Positions 1 through 10,952 of a DNA stretch of 64,000 nt are shown piece after piece (positions within the stretch are counted from its first letter, which is position 1; each line of letters opens with the position of its first letter). The notes under the pieces were generated by a model. It searched no databases. It was not told the DNA's origin and saw nothing but the letters and a program-made list of their open reading frames with translations. Origin of the DNA: an uncultured Lachnospiraceae bacterium (lineage in GTDB: Bacteria > Bacillota > Clostridia > Lachnospirales > Lachnospiraceae). The stretch spans positions 4,632-68,631 of the forward strand of contig CABSEG010000002.1 in assembly GCA_902476645.1 (NCBI GenBank), given 5' to 3'. A program made the position numbers and the translations under genes.

Positions 1-1140
1 TTGATCTTTAAGAACGCGCCCCTCTGGATTTTTGTGACCTGTTTTCCTTTAAACACAATGGCTTTTAAGTTCCGGCATCCGTAGAAGGCTCTCTGTCCGA
101 TGATTTTTACGTTATTTCCAATCACCAGCCGCTTCACCTTCTTGTTTCCGCTCAGGGCTTTGGCCCTTATGCTCGTTACCTTAAACCGGATTCCCTTATA
201 TTTAAAGGTGGCAGGAATCTTTACGGTCGCTTTCTTCTTCACAACGCCCACAAAAGCCGCTTCCTTCGCCTTGTCGCTGTGCTTCGTGATCTTAAACTTG
301 TAATTTCCTACTTTTACCGTCTTTCCCTTGTAGGATACTGGCTTTTCCTCTGAGACAACCGCTTTCTGCAGATTCTTCACGGCACTGTCAATGGCTGCTG
401 AGGCTGCGTTGATCTGATCCAGAGTTGCTCCTGCATTGTTCACCACATTTCTGGCTGCCTCCAGGGCTGTACGCAATGCGCTGTAGGACTGGGCGGTATA
501 ATCGCTTTCCCGGTAAGCCGCAGCCTGATTGATTTTCGCCTGAAGGGACGCCTTGGCTGCTGCGATTTGCTGGCTTGTCTCATCCCCTTCATTCTCTACA
601 GGTACCAATGCCTCGATGGCTGCTGCCAGAACCGCCTCTGCGTCCGTCACCTGACTTAGCGTTGCGTTTTCACTTTCGTATACGTTCCGGGCTGCTTCCA
701 AGGCGTCCTGCAGAGTCTGGTAAGAGAGTTCCGTATAATCAGCCTTTCCATACCTTTCTGCTTCCCGAATCTTTTCATATAAAGCTGCTTTTGCCTGAAG
801 AATGGCTGCCTCTTCTTTTGTTACTAATACCTGAATCGCTTCTGACAAGGCATTCTTTGCTGCTTTTAGCTGTTCCAGCGTTGCACCTTCATTCTCGTAT
901 GCGCTCCGGGCTGTCTCCAGCGCTTCCTTCAGCCTCTGATAAGACGCTTCTGTATACTCATCTTCCGCATAGCTTTCGGCTTTCTGAATCTCCCTCTGCA
1001 ACGCTTGTTTTGCCAGTCTCAGTTCTTGTTCTTCCTGGCTGATTCCCGTTCCATCTGTCTGAATGGTTCCGTCCATAAATGCCCGGACTTCTCTCTGGCT
1101 CAGAGCCACATCAAGCATCATCAGATCATCCAGGGAACCT
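1..1140 (-). pseudogene. Out-of-frame 3' continuation of the GH127-like gene. It holds the end of the LamG-like domain, three FIVAR-like helical repeats and a Lys-rich BspA-type leucine-rich-repeat tail, and it runs off the window.
   Basis: From 1140 to about 541 the only sensible reading is shifted by one nt: GSLDDLMMLDVALSQREVRAFMDG... then EYTEASYQRLKEALETARSAYENEGATLEQL..., ADYTELSYQTLQDALEAARNVYESENATL... That frame stops at 388-390. From 539 to 1 the sensible reading returns to the ATG frame: AKINQAAAYRESDYTAQSYSALRTALEAARNVVNNAGATL... KIPATFKYKGIRFKVTSIRAKALSGNKKVKRLVIGNNVKIIGQRAFYGCRNLKAIVFKG. No stop is reached before position 1. Confidence 0.6.
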
Positions 1141-4100
1141 TTAAAATAGCTGTCCCAGCGATTTACTCCAAAGTAAAGAAGGGCATTTTCGTTTGTCATC
1201 ACACCGCCTGCCACATCTCCCTTGGCTACCTGCTCGCCGTTTACGTAAAGGGTTCCCTTCACAGTGCCCTCCTTACTTCCTTTCTGGCTGCCGTCCACTA
1301 CAATCGTCACATACTGCCACTCACCACTTCGGTAGGCATTGGAAGCTCCTGAGGCGATATAACCATTTTTGTAGGACCAAAGTTTTCCGTCAAAGGTAGC
1401 GCTAAACCAGTATTCCGGATCAAACACGCCCGCACAGAACGTGGGATCTACATCTTTTCCAAGCGCATCTGGTTTCATCCAGTAAGAGATCGTATAGCTC
1501 TCGCCTAAATCATTCGCACTTCCCATGCGCAAACCAAAGGTGCCGTCCAAATAGATCGCCTCTTGGGAATCCTTGGTTGCTCCGTCCACATAGGATACCT
1601 TTTTGTCAACAGGAGAGGGAATCGTAGCTTTCTGCACGGTTAAAGCGTCTCCCAGAGACTTATCAAAAGAATAGTAGCGTTTTATATGTCCGCTCAAATC
1701 AACATCCGAAACATCCTGTTCCACATGAAGGATAAAGGAATCTACCGGTTCAAAATTTTCCGCATATACGGTGATCTCATAATCTCCTATGTAATCTGTC
1801 AACTCGATCTGAGAATCCGCTCCCTCTTCAATAGCCCTTCCATTGACCGCTACATATCCTGCCGCATCTTCAATCATGGCATTGATCTGGAAAGAGGCTT
1901 GCTCCACAGGCAACGTCATCTCATAGCCATCCTGTGAAAGAGATACGTTTTCTCCTTCCACCTGTAATCCCGTCAGACTGTTTTCTGTGCGATATCCTCT
2001 TACACAGTAAGACCAATTGTACAGGCAAGCTGAATCCTGATCTTCCGTTCCCGCAAACCGGAACCGAACCACATCTTCGCCCTCGCTGTTTTTGTATGCC
2101 GTCTCCATGGCAGAATCCGGGATCTGAACTCTTACCTGATAATATTTCTCAAAGTCACTGTCAGAGAGCATTCCCTGAATAGCCTCTTCCGAATTGCTGT
2201 CTAATGCTTCGCTTCCAAAAATCTCTTCTCCGTCTACCGTGACATATAGCGGTTTTCCGTTATCCTCTCTGCGAAGCGTCAGCATCAGGTAATTGGGTTC
2301 TTCCTGATCCACTTTCATCTCATATTCAAAGTAGCCCCCTGCCGTTGCATAGCGGGTATGTTCCGTGGAGCTTCCCACATGTCCGGTGGCCGGATCCAGG
2401 CCAGGCTCGTACTGTCCATACCCCGCCTGAACGCTGTCAATGGTGACTCTGTTTTTCCGGTTCGTGTCCTTGTCCCTGATGATGGACTCGGAATCCCGCT
2501 CTCCTACATAGTAGGTCCAATAAATACCATAATTGTCGGTATACTGGCTGTAGTGCGGAACAAAATCATAGTTACAGTTCACACCTTGGAGCGTAAACAC
2601 ATTTCCATTTCCCCTTACCATATGGTCATTGATATTTTCCATGAATTCGTCCACGCTCTCTGCCCCATAGATTCCCAACTGATCGCTGGATACGGCGCTG
2701 GTGGAAGATCTTCTCACGGAAACTCCATGGGAGGCTTCCGTCTGGTAGGCAGGATTGCTTCCCAATTTCGCGCTTAATACAACCGGGCCGTATTTAAATG
2801 CATATGTATCCTTACTGTCTGGCAGGTTGTGGGCTACGGTCTCCATAGGTGTCTGAATGGTTACCGTATCCCCGCTGTTTACCGTCAGAAATACATAACG
2901 CTCCTGATTGGCAGCCTGTTTATAAGCCTCTTTTCCTTCAAAATCAAAGTAGGAAAGCACCTCTACCGGTTCCCCATTTACCGTTACCGTCACCTGATTT
3001 CCCTGATCTGTCACCCAGTCAGGAATCCGAAGAGCCAGATTTACCTGTGCTTCTTCTCCGTCCAGGGACTCAATCCGGAAGACGGCCTGATCGGAAGCAA
3101 TGGTCTGAATACCAGACTCCTGGGTGATCTTTACATTCTTGTCCTCCCAGGTCAAAATAGAACTCAAGTATTGATTCACGAGGACCGTATCATCCATATG
3201 GAAATAAATACTATCATTTAGTTTGGTGAAATTCTCCATGCCGCTTCCGGTGCAGCACCAAAAATCCGTGTCAGGATGTCCGAATACCTTATGATAGCCC
3301 GTTGCCATGGGCTGAAAGTACATGCTCATACCTGTCTCTGGATTCTGGGAGGACATAATGGCGTTTATCAGAGTATTTTCATAATAATCAGCGTACTTTA
3401 CATCTCCCGTGGCCTTAAACAACTCTCTGGTCAGCTTCAGCATGTTGTAGGTGTTACAGGTCTCACAGTTTACCGTGGTTTCCTCTCCGTAGAGAATATC
3501 ATCCGCACCGAAATGCTCGTTCTCACTGTTTCCTCCTGTGATATAGGTATGATGTTCAATCACCATATTCCAGAATGCTTCTGCGTATTTCAGATACTCT
3601 TCCTCATCTTCTCCTAATACCGTATAGCGCTTCAAGGCTCCGACGAATTTGGGGATTGTGGTATTTGCATGTCTTCCGTTTAATATATTGGCCCCGCCGT
3701 TTTTCACTTGTTCAAACAGATTGATCTCATCAAACTGCTCTGCCGCCCTTAAAATCTCATCCCCATACTGGCGGTAATCATCATCCTTTTCTACCAATGC
3801 ATACAGATCATACAGGGCGTCGTTCATACCGCCGTACTCAACTCCCAATACCCGGTTTTTCATGGCTGTATCCCAAGAATTTACCCGGTTGTAGACCCAA
3901 AGTCCCAGATCCACGGCTGTATCCATAGCATTCTGGTTTCCCGTATATTTGACCACATCCACCAGACCGGCCAGAATTTTATGCATGGTATACCAAGGAA
4001 CCCAGTCCCCGCCAATACTGCTCTTACCCTCTAAGCGGTCAAACTGATATTCCAGTTGCACGGTACCGCCGTTATCTATAATAGCCCCGAATAAAAAGCC

Positions 4101-5486
4101 ATCCTGGCAGTAGGCGCTATCCTTTGCCAATTTCTGACACTCTCTTAGTCCGTCCGCGCAAGCGTTAATCTTGTCTAAGATTGCCTGTTTCTGCTCCTGT
4201 GTTGCTTCTGGATTCGCATATGCATGTGCCAGGGAGGACATATAGTGTCCCAGAGTATGACCTCCAATTCGATCACTCTCCCAGCCTCCATATCTGGTGG
4301 AATTTCTCATAAACTCCTGACGCTGCCCGGCATCATATCCCGCCGCGTAAGCTGCCGTCTCCCGAAATCCTGCCAAAAGCCTGTCTGTGTCCAGGGAAAC
4401 CAGATATTCTACCTCTTTGTCAAAAGAGTTGTTGTAGTACTCATCCGTTACTTCCACTTTTTCGTTGTCAAAATCATACATTTCCACATTGCTCAACGCT
4501 GCGTTAACAGACTTCACAGTCACGGGAAATGTCTTTTTTACATAATAGGTTCCGTTGGATATGGTAGCTGTCAAATTTACCTTCTGATCCTCTTCTGTAC
4601 GGGTAACTATGGCATTTGACCCATCGATACGGATTACTTCTTCGTTATCAGATTCCCAGATAATACTGTTTTCGCCTGTAGCTTGCGCCAATGTAAAATC
4701 TCCCCGAACCGTAGTACTATCCAGAGATACGTTCCAATAATCCCTGTACAGATTTCCGTATTCTGCATCGGAGATCACGATGTAAGATACGTTGACAGCT
4801 TTTGTATCATCGCCGGTCCCCCTTAAATTCACGGTCAATTCTCCAGCTTCGTCCAGAGTAATGGTTCCTGTCTTTGGAGTACCGGGAACACAGGTACCTA
4901 CATTTACCTGGGACTCTTTTCCTTCATTGAAGACCAAAGAAGGATTCTTAGATACTCCCCACGGATCTGTACAGAGCACTTCTACCTGGTAAGTTCCTGC
5001 GGGAAGCTCAAAGGCGTAGTCCAATTTTCTGGTATTTCCAAAATGAGCGCTCTCTTCCCACTGATTCTTTGTATAGCGATTTGTATCACTGTTTGGGGAT
5101 GAAACCGAATGACCTCCGTTTTCATGGGGCCAGGTCCAGTCCGTATCTACTCCCCCCGTTCCGCTTCCCTTCAAATTAGATTCTGGGGCCTGGGCCTCAT
5201 AATTGTCTACAATTCCCCATTTCTTCCCAGTTTCTGGGTCTTCTCCATATACCTGTTCTGTCACACTTTGGAAGGTACCAAAATCTTCTTCCACCGGCGC
5301 TGTGGTCACGTCGAAATCTCCGCAATCCACATTATAGTAGGGAAGAATGTCCTCATAAGACACCTCAACTCCTTCCCCTGCCGCCCGTGCCTCCAACCCG
5401 GTAACCGGGATGGAGGTACAGGCTACAGCCAGACTTAGCAGTCCGGCCATACTTGGTTTCCATAAACCTCTTCTTTGTTTTTTCAT
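1122..5486 (-). CDS. Secreted multidomain glycoside hydrolase, GH127/DUF1680-like (beta-L-arabinofuranosidase family), with N-terminal malectin-like and Ig-like modules and a LamG-like module. It is a 1454-aa ORF ending at a premature TGA.
   Basis: Absent from the supplied ORF track; I translated it by hand, 60 nt at a time. The ATG at 5484-5486 has a GGAGG at 5497-5501, and an in-frame TAG lies 3 codons upstream. The signal peptide reads MKKQRRGLWKPSMAGLLSLAVACTS. The frame stays open to the TGA at 1122-1124. GH127 hallmarks seen: GGWESDRIGGHTLGHYMSSLAH, NCETCNTYNML (Glu-x-Cys) and DFWCCTGSGMENF (Cys-Cys). Confidence 0.8.
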
Positions 5487-5536
5487 TCCTGCCTATCCTC
5501 CTTTTTAGATGATTATCCCTATTTTCGCATATACAA

Positions 5537-5545
5537 ATTATATCA
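5537..5545 (-). promoter_or_regulatory. Extended -10 element (TGATATAAT) upstream of the GH127-like gene
   Basis: The minus strand reads TGATATAAT about 50 nt upstream of the ATG at 5486. No good -35 hexamer is present. Confidence 0.3.
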
Positions 5546-5667
5546 CGAGGCAGGCAAGCAAAAAACAGAAGATCTTGCTGTGTTATTATGATTTTTTTGG
5601 AATTTATTTACAGAAAATTTCAGATAAAAGTTCCATTGTTCATTTTTTTACTATTTTGTTCTATTTT

Positions 5668-7179
5668 TTACGATTCTGACTCCTGCCCATCTTTTGCCCA
5701 TACCAGAGCACAATTCATAGCCCGGCGCCAGCCCTCCAAAAGACGCTCCCTTTGCTCGTTTCCCATCTGAGGTTTAAAGCGCCTTTCCAGAGAGCCTTTG
5801 TTTCGAATCTCTTCCAGATCCCTCCAATATCCCACAGCCAGTCCTGCCAGATAAGCGGCTCCCATGGCTGTAGTCTCAATACATTTGGGGCGCTCCACTG
5901 CCGCCTGCAAAAGGTCAGACTGAAATTGCATTAAAAAATTGTTTGCGCAGGCTCCCCCGTCCACCTTCAGAGACTTTAACCGCATCCCGGAATCTTGCTC
6001 CATAGCCCAGATCACATCTGCCACCTGATAAGCTAGGGATTCCACTGTAGCACGGATCAAATGCTCCTTGCTGGTCCCTCTGGTCAGACCTACGATTGTC
6101 CCTCTGGCATAGGGTTCCCAGTAGGGAGCCCCGAGACCGGTAAAGGCTGGCACCACATACACTCCTCCCGCATCCTTCACTCTCGTACAATATTCTTCTG
6201 TCTGAGCAGCCGAGTGAATCATACGAAGTTCGTCTCTAAGCCACTGAATAGATGCCCCGGCAACAAACACGCTTCCCTCCAAAGCGTACTGTGGGGGCTC
6301 TCCCGCCCTCGCAGCCAGGGTGGTCAAAAGGCCATGTTTGGATTCCACCGCCTGATCTGCCGTATGCATCAGCAAAAAACATCCGGTCCCGTAAGTATTT
6401 TTCACTTCCCCGCCCCTATGGCAGCACTGGCCAAAAAGCGCGGCCTGCTGATCTCCCGCGGCTCCTGCAATGGGGATTCCCTCCCCGATCACGGCGCTTT
6501 TGGTATATCCGTAAATACAGCTGGAAGACTTTACCTGGGGCAACATAACTTTGGGAATACGAAACTTAGCCAAAATTTCTTCGTCCCACTGAAGCCTGTG
6601 GATATCATAGAGCATGGTTCTGGACGCGTTCGTCTCATCCGTCACATGCGCTTCCCCGCCGGTCAGATTCCAGATCAGCCAGGTATCCACCGTGCCAAAC
6701 AAAAGCTCTCCCCTTTCTGCCCGATTCCTGGCTCCCTCCACATGGTCCAAAATCCACTCCAGCTTGGTGGCAGAAAAGTAAGCGTCTGGAATCAGCCCCG
6801 TCCGCCTCTGAAGAATCTTATCAAATCCTTCCCTCTTTAACGCCTCAATTCTTTTTGCCGTCCGGCGGCACTGCCACACAATAGCCGGATAAATGGGTTT
6901 CCCGGTCTTTTTCTCCCACACGATCGTGGTCTCCCTCTGGTTGGTAATCCCAATAGCCCGAATGTCTTTTGCCTTTGCCCCGATCTTGCTCATGGCCTCA
7001 GCAGCCACACTCATTTGAGAGGACCAGATTTCCACAGGGTCGTGTTCCACCCATCCAGATTTCGGAAAATATTGAGTAAACTCCTTTTGGGCCACACTGC
7101 AAAGGTTCCCTGCCCGATCAAACAAGATGCACCTGGAACTGGTGGTTCCCTGGTCAAATGCCATGATATAGCCGCTCAT
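5668..7179 (-). CDS. glpK: Glycerol kinase
   Basis: 503 aa. The N-terminus is [18 protein letters not shown], with FGGY-family kinase motifs throughout. An AGGAGGG RBS sits 7 nt upstream. Confidence 0.95.
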   Translation of the reverse strand: MSGYIMAFDQGTTSSRCILFDRAGNLCSVAQKEFTQYFPKSGWVEHDPVEIWSSQMSVAAEAMSKIGAKAKDIRAIGITNQRETTIVWEKKTGKPIYPAIVWQCRRTAKRIEALKREGFDKILQRRTGLIPDAYFSATKLEWILDHVEGARNRAERGELLFGTVDTWLIWNLTGGEAHVTDETNASRTMLYDIHRLQWDEEILAKFRIPKVMLPQVKSSSCIYGYTKSAVIGEGIPIAGAAGDQQAALFGQCCHRGGEVKNTYGTGCFLLMHTADQAVESKHGLLTTLAARAGEPPQYALEGSVFVAGASIQWLRDELRMIHSAAQTEEYCTRVKDAGGVYVVPAFTGLGAPYWEPYARGTIVGLTRGTSKEHLIRATVESLAYQVADVIWAMEQDSGMRLKSLKVDGGACANNFLMQFQSDLLQAAVERPKCIETTAMGAAYLAGLAVGYWRDLEEIRNKGSLERRFKPQMGNEQRERLLEGWRRAMNCALVWAKDGQESES

Positions 7180-7191
7180 AAGTCCGCCCTC

Positions 7192-8370
7192 CTATCTGGC
7201 TGCCCGGTAGATCGCTTGCATATCATCCTGATTCAGCTTCTTTACAATACCAATGGTACGCTTTCCAAAAAAGCTGCATTTTTCTGCCAGCTTGGCTATC
7301 TGCTCTTCGCTGGGCTCTACCCCCAGTTCTTTTAGAGAGGTTGGCATGCGCACAGAGCGGAAAAAAGCCTCCATAGCTTCAATCCCATCCAAGGCCGTCT
7401 TTTCCGGCTCCGGGCCTTCCTCTACGCCCATTACCTTGACGGCAAAACGTACAAAGCGGTCTAAACGGTTCCGGAATACATATCTGGCCCAACTTCCCCA
7501 GATGGCCGCCAGTCCGGCCCCATGAGCCACGTCAAACATACCGCCCAACTCATGCTCCAGCTGATGGGAAGCCCAGTCTCCTCCATCTGTACCGCAACCG
7601 GTTAGTCCGTTATGGGAAAGGCTTCCCGCCCACATAATCTCTGCCCTGGACTCGTAATTCTTCGGCTCATCCAACAGGAATCTGGCATGTTTCATCACCG
7701 TTCTCAGCAAGCCTTCGCTTATGGCATCTGTCAGTTCCATATTTTCCACCTGATTGAAATACCGCTCCATGGTATGCATCATAATATCCACACAGCCGCT
7801 TTCTGTCTGGTACTCCGGCAGAGTCATGGTCAACTGGGGATTCATCACTGCAAATTTACAGCGGCAAATATCATTTCGGTATCCTCTTTTTAACCATCCC
7901 TCCTCTTTGGTGATAACAGAGGAATTACTCATCTCGCTCCCCGCCGCGGCAATAGTCAGTACAGCTCCTACCGGAAGGCAGGCCTTAGGTTCTCTCTTCT
8001 TTTCATAGAAATCCCATACATCTCCCTCGTTTGCCACGCCGTATCCGATGGCTTTGGCAGAGTCGATCACACTGCCTCCACCCACTGCCAGAATAAAATC
8101 CACGCCTTCTTTTTTACACAGTTCAATTCCTTCCTGTACCTTGGACAGACGGGGATTGGGAACCACGCCTCCTAACATCGCATAGGGAATTCCATCCTCC
8201 TTCAGAAGATTTCCAATCTCATCCAGCAGTCCGGAGCGCTTTGCGCTGTTTCCCCCATAATGCAGCAGGACCTTCTTTCCCCCTTCTTCCCGGACAAGAC
8301 GCGCCACTTCTTTTTGGGTATCCTTTCCAAATAACACTCTGGTGGGGGTAAAGTACTCAAAATTGTTCAT
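7192..8370 (-). CDS. Iron-containing alcohol dehydrogenase (BdhA/YqhD-like, NAD(P)H-dependent)
   Basis: 392 aa. The N-terminus is MNNFEYFTPTRVLFGKDT. It carries GGGSVIDSAK and a His-rich metal site (HxxxH region, HQLEHELGGMFDVAHGAG). The RBS is AAGGAGAA. Confidence 0.85.
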   Translation of the reverse strand: MNNFEYFTPTRVLFGKDTQKEVARLVREEGGKKVLLHYGGNSAKRSGLLDEIGNLLKEDGIPYAMLGGVVPNPRLSKVQEGIELCKKEGVDFILAVGGGSVIDSAKAIGYGVANEGDVWDFYEKKREPKACLPVGAVLTIAAAGSEMSNSSVITKEEGWLKRGYRNDICRCKFAVMNPQLTMTLPEYQTESGCVDIMMHTMERYFNQVENMELTDAISEGLLRTVMKHARFLLDEPKNYESRAEIMWAGSLSHNGLTGCGTDGGDWASHQLEHELGGMFDVAHGAGLAAIWGSWARYVFRNRLDRFVRFAVKVMGVEEGPEPEKTALDGIEAMEAFFRSVRMPTSLKELGVEPSEEQIAKLAEKCSFFGKRTIGIVKKLNQDDMQAIYRAAR

Positions 8371-8420
8371 CTTGTGTTCTCCTTTCGCATATACTCTGGG
8401 GTTAGTATATCACAATTCCA

Positions 8421-8449
8421 TAAAAATTGGGCGGCTTTTTGGGCCGCCC
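8421..8449 (-). terminator. Rho-independent terminator (usable in both directions)
   Basis: GGGCGGC (8429-8435) pairs with GCCGCCC (8443-8449). On the minus strand the hairpin is followed by AATTTTTA, and on the plus strand by GCGCTTTTCTG. Confidence 0.6.
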
Positions 8450-8472
8450 GCGCTTTTCTGTCTGTAAGTGTT

Positions 8473-8676
8473 CTATTCTTCTTCCGTGTAGGTTTCCGTC
8501 CGTTTTCTTTTTCCGAATAGCCGAAACACTACCACATTCAAAATCACAATCACATATAAAACCAAAAATGTCTGTTTATCCTGGATACTTTCATACCGAA
8601 GCAGAAAAACTCCTGTCATCAAAATCAGAATCAATTCCAACAGAATCTGATACCATGTCTCTTTTAATTCCCTCAT
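8473..8676 (-). CDS. Hypothetical small membrane protein (67 aa, two predicted TM helices)
   Basis: A GGAGGT RBS sits about 9 nt upstream of the ATG, and the ORF is followed by the 8421-8449 terminator. Hydrophobic stretches: WYQILLELILILMTGVFLL and FLVLYVIVILNVVVF. Confidence 0.45.
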   Translation of the reverse strand: MRELKETWYQILLELILILMTGVFLLRYESIQDKQTFLVLYVIVILNVVVFRLFGKRKRTETYTEEE

Positions 8677-8811
8677 ATGTCAAACCTCCGGAGCTTCCGG
8701 ATATCCCCCGGATTTTTCTCCTGGTGCCTTTCTTTTAATCTATCTTTAACATAGCAGGAAATTGTGATTTTTCTATGTTCAAATTGTGAAAAAATGATCT
8801 TAAAAATTCTC

Positions 8812-9297
8812 CTATATGTATTCCTTTTTCTCGAAGTAACGCATCAGGATATCCGCGCAGTTTTCAATTCCCAGCTTGGATGTATCCAGAATCATGTGAT
8901 AGTTATTCACATCCCCCCAGGCCTTTCCTGTGTTCCTGTGGTAGTATTCTGCCCGCTCTTCATCCGTCTGTTCCACTTTTTTTCTGGCTTCTTCATAAGA
9001 AAGAGCTTCCAGATCCATAATCCTGCGGATACGGTCTTCTTTTTCCGCAAAAACATAGATATTAAATGCATTCGGCATATCCTGCAATATCTCCGATGCA
9101 CAGCGTCCCAGAATAATACAGGGTTCTTCTGCCAGCTTGCGGATGACCTCTGATTCAGACTCATAATCTGTATCATGGCTTTCCTGCTCTATATAGGCCT
9201 TATCGTAAACCGGTATCTGAAGCCGCTTAGAAAGCTCACTGGCAATAATGCTGGCCCCTGTCCCGAAACGACGGCTCATTGTGATCACTAAATTCAT
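8812..9297 (-). CDS. Cytidylate kinase-like family protein (P-loop NTPase)
   Basis: 161 aa with a degenerate P-loop (SRRFGTGAS) and the N-terminal pattern typical of the CMP-kinase-like family. It has a strong AAGGAGGAG RBS. Confidence 0.65.
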   Translation of the reverse strand: MNLVITMSRRFGTGASIIASELSKRLQIPVYDKAYIEQESHDTDYESESEVIRKLAEEPCIILGRCASEILQDMPNAFNIYVFAEKEDRIRRIMDLEALSYEEARKKVEQTDEERAEYYHRNTGKAWGDVNNYHMILDTSKLGIENCADILMRYFEKKEYI

Positions 9298-9389
9298 AGA
9301 AACTCCTCCTTTGTGTGTCGGATTCGGAAATACACTCCCGAATTAGAAGTTTTTCCGTAGCACCATTATGACATGCGCTTTCGCTTTTG

Positions 9390-10355
9390 TCAAACCGAAA
9401 ACACAGCAAAGTCCCGCTTCATGATCAGCCTCTTTCTGGAAAATAAAGCTTCCACAGCTTCCTCATACTCCCTAAGTCTCTGAGCCTTTCGTATCTTTTT
9501 TGCCTCTTTTTCAGCGTCCTCAAAGCTTTCTATGAGGTAAGACCACAGCTCTTTCATTTTAAACAATACATTCTTTTCTCCAAACAGCAGTCCTTGATAG
9601 TCCCGATAAATCCGGTCATGAAAGTTGCGCAGCCTTTGTTTATCCATGGGTTCTTTCCCCTGAAGCTCTCCCACCAATCCCGGATTGGCAAGCATTCCCC
9701 TTCCTATCATGATACGGTCTACCTTAGGAAATCGCTTCCGAAATTCTTCCACATCTTTTACCGTCTTTAAATCCCCGTTGTAACAGACAGGACATTTGCA
9801 CCGGGCAAGGCCCTGAGCAAAGACATCCAGATTGGGGGCGTTTCTGTAAAAATCCTTCTGCACCCTTGGATGGATGATTAACTCCTTGACGGGATACTGG
9901 TTATAAATCTCTATCAGATGGGCAAATTCCTCACCCCTGTCCTTTCCGATTCTGGTCTTAATCGAGATCTCCATATTTGCCTTCTCAAAAATTTCATCCA
10001 AAAATCGGTCCAATTCCTCCGGAACAGCTAAAAATCCTGCTCCCCTGCATTTGGATGCCACCGTTCTGGACGGACAACCCAAATTCAGGTTTACTTCCCG
10101 GTAACCATACTCCTTAAGCTGACCTGACGCTTTTAGAAACTCTTCGGTCTTGTTGGTAAGAATCTGGGGAATGACATCCATCCCTCGGTTATGTTCCGGA
10201 AGGATGTCTTCTCTCTCCCTGGTTCGAAAACAGGTTTTCTGATTTGGCGCCAAAAAGGGCGTCATATACCGGTCTATTCCCGGAAAGTAATCGTGATGGG
10301 CATTGCGGTATAAATATCCTGTGATTCCCTCCATAGGCGCAAAGTAATACTTCAT
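9390..10355 (-). CDS. dus: tRNA-dihydrouridine synthase family protein
   Basis: MKYYFAPMEGITGYLYRN... with NLNLGCP and TIM-barrel flavoenzyme motifs. I moved the start to the ATG at 10353-10355, which has an AGGAGAG RBS; the track's longer start lacks one. Confidence 0.85.
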   Translation of the reverse strand: MKYYFAPMEGITGYLYRNAHHDYFPGIDRYMTPFLAPNQKTCFRTREREDILPEHNRGMDVIPQILTNKTEEFLKASGQLKEYGYREVNLNLGCPSRTVASKCRGAGFLAVPEELDRFLDEIFEKANMEISIKTRIGKDRGEEFAHLIEIYNQYPVKELIIHPRVQKDFYRNAPNLDVFAQGLARCKCPVCYNGDLKTVKDVEEFRKRFPKVDRIMIGRGMLANPGLVGELQGKEPMDKQRLRNFHDRIYRDYQGLLFGEKNVLFKMKELWSYLIESFEDAEKEAKKIRKAQRLREYEEAVEALFSRKRLIMKRDFAVFSV

Positions 10356-10460
10356 GACAGTTTCTCTCCTTTTTACATCCATACTGCATCCTATAACTAT
10401 AGGTGGAATCCTCTCTACCGTCAAGCTCTTTTTTAAGATAGCAGCCCGGAGGGCAGACCG

Positions 10461-10931
10461 CTAAAGTACCTTTGTGATCTTTAAAATCCAGTAAAGAAAG
10501 CCTAGAATCCAGGAGCTGAAAATACCATATAAAATCACCGGTCCGGCAATGGTAAAAATTTTACATCCGATTCCGAATACCTGCCCCTCCTTTTGAAATT
10601 CGATGGCAGGAGCCGCCACGGAATTGGCAAAGCCCGTGATAGGCACAAGGGTCCCCGCGCCTCCAAACTTAGCCAACTTCGGGTAAATATTAACGCCAGT
10701 TAGAATCACACTGGTTAAAATTAACAGTAAAGAACACCAGCTTGCCGCCGTCTCCTGATCCAATTTCAGCACATCTGTTGCACAGTTTAAGATGAATTGT
10801 CCCAGCAGGCAAATCAGACCTCCTGTCAAAAAGGCCTTGGCCATATTCATAGGCAGGCTGTGGGTGGGCGTTACCTGCTTGACATATTCGTTGTATTTCT
10901 GATTTTTCTGTTCCTTTAAAACATCTGCCAT
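10461..10931 (-). CDS. spoVAC: Stage V sporulation protein AC
   Basis: 156 aa. FLTGGLICLLGQ and FGGAGTLVPITGFANS match B. subtilis SpoVAC. Confidence 0.9.
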   Translation of the reverse strand: MADVLKEQKNQKYNEYVKQVTPTHSLPMNMAKAFLTGGLICLLGQFILNCATDVLKLDQETAASWCSLLLILTSVILTGVNIYPKLAKFGGAGTLVPITGFANSVAAPAIEFQKEGQVFGIGCKIFTIAGPVILYGIFSSWILGFLYWILKITKVL

Positions 10932-10952
10932 ATTCCCTTCTGTTTCTCCTTT

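Noticed and set aside
370-1030. Periodic nucleotide repeats of about 210 nt, considered as a possible repeat array or CRISPR-like structure
   Set aside because: They encode three diverged FIVAR-like protein repeats ((E/D)YT..SY..L..AL..A). They are in-frame protein-domain repeats with no spacer/repeat architecture.
1110-1145. Programmed ribosomal frameshifting as an explanation for the frame change in the GH127-like gene
   Set aside because: The site (TAT TTT AAG GTT) is not a canonical X XXY YYZ slippery heptamer. A second shift in the opposite direction would be needed 600 nt later. I saw no downstream stimulatory structure. Indels are the simpler explanation.
100-5438. About 20 plus-strand ORFs of 60-155 aa in the supplied track (for example 575..1042, 2358..2777, 4224..4619). 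They are the only ORFs the track lists in this region.
   Set aside because: They are antisense shadows of the hand-translated minus-strand GH127-like gene. Their products are low-complexity (P/L/S/R-rich), they have no RBS, and they overlap one another in several frames.
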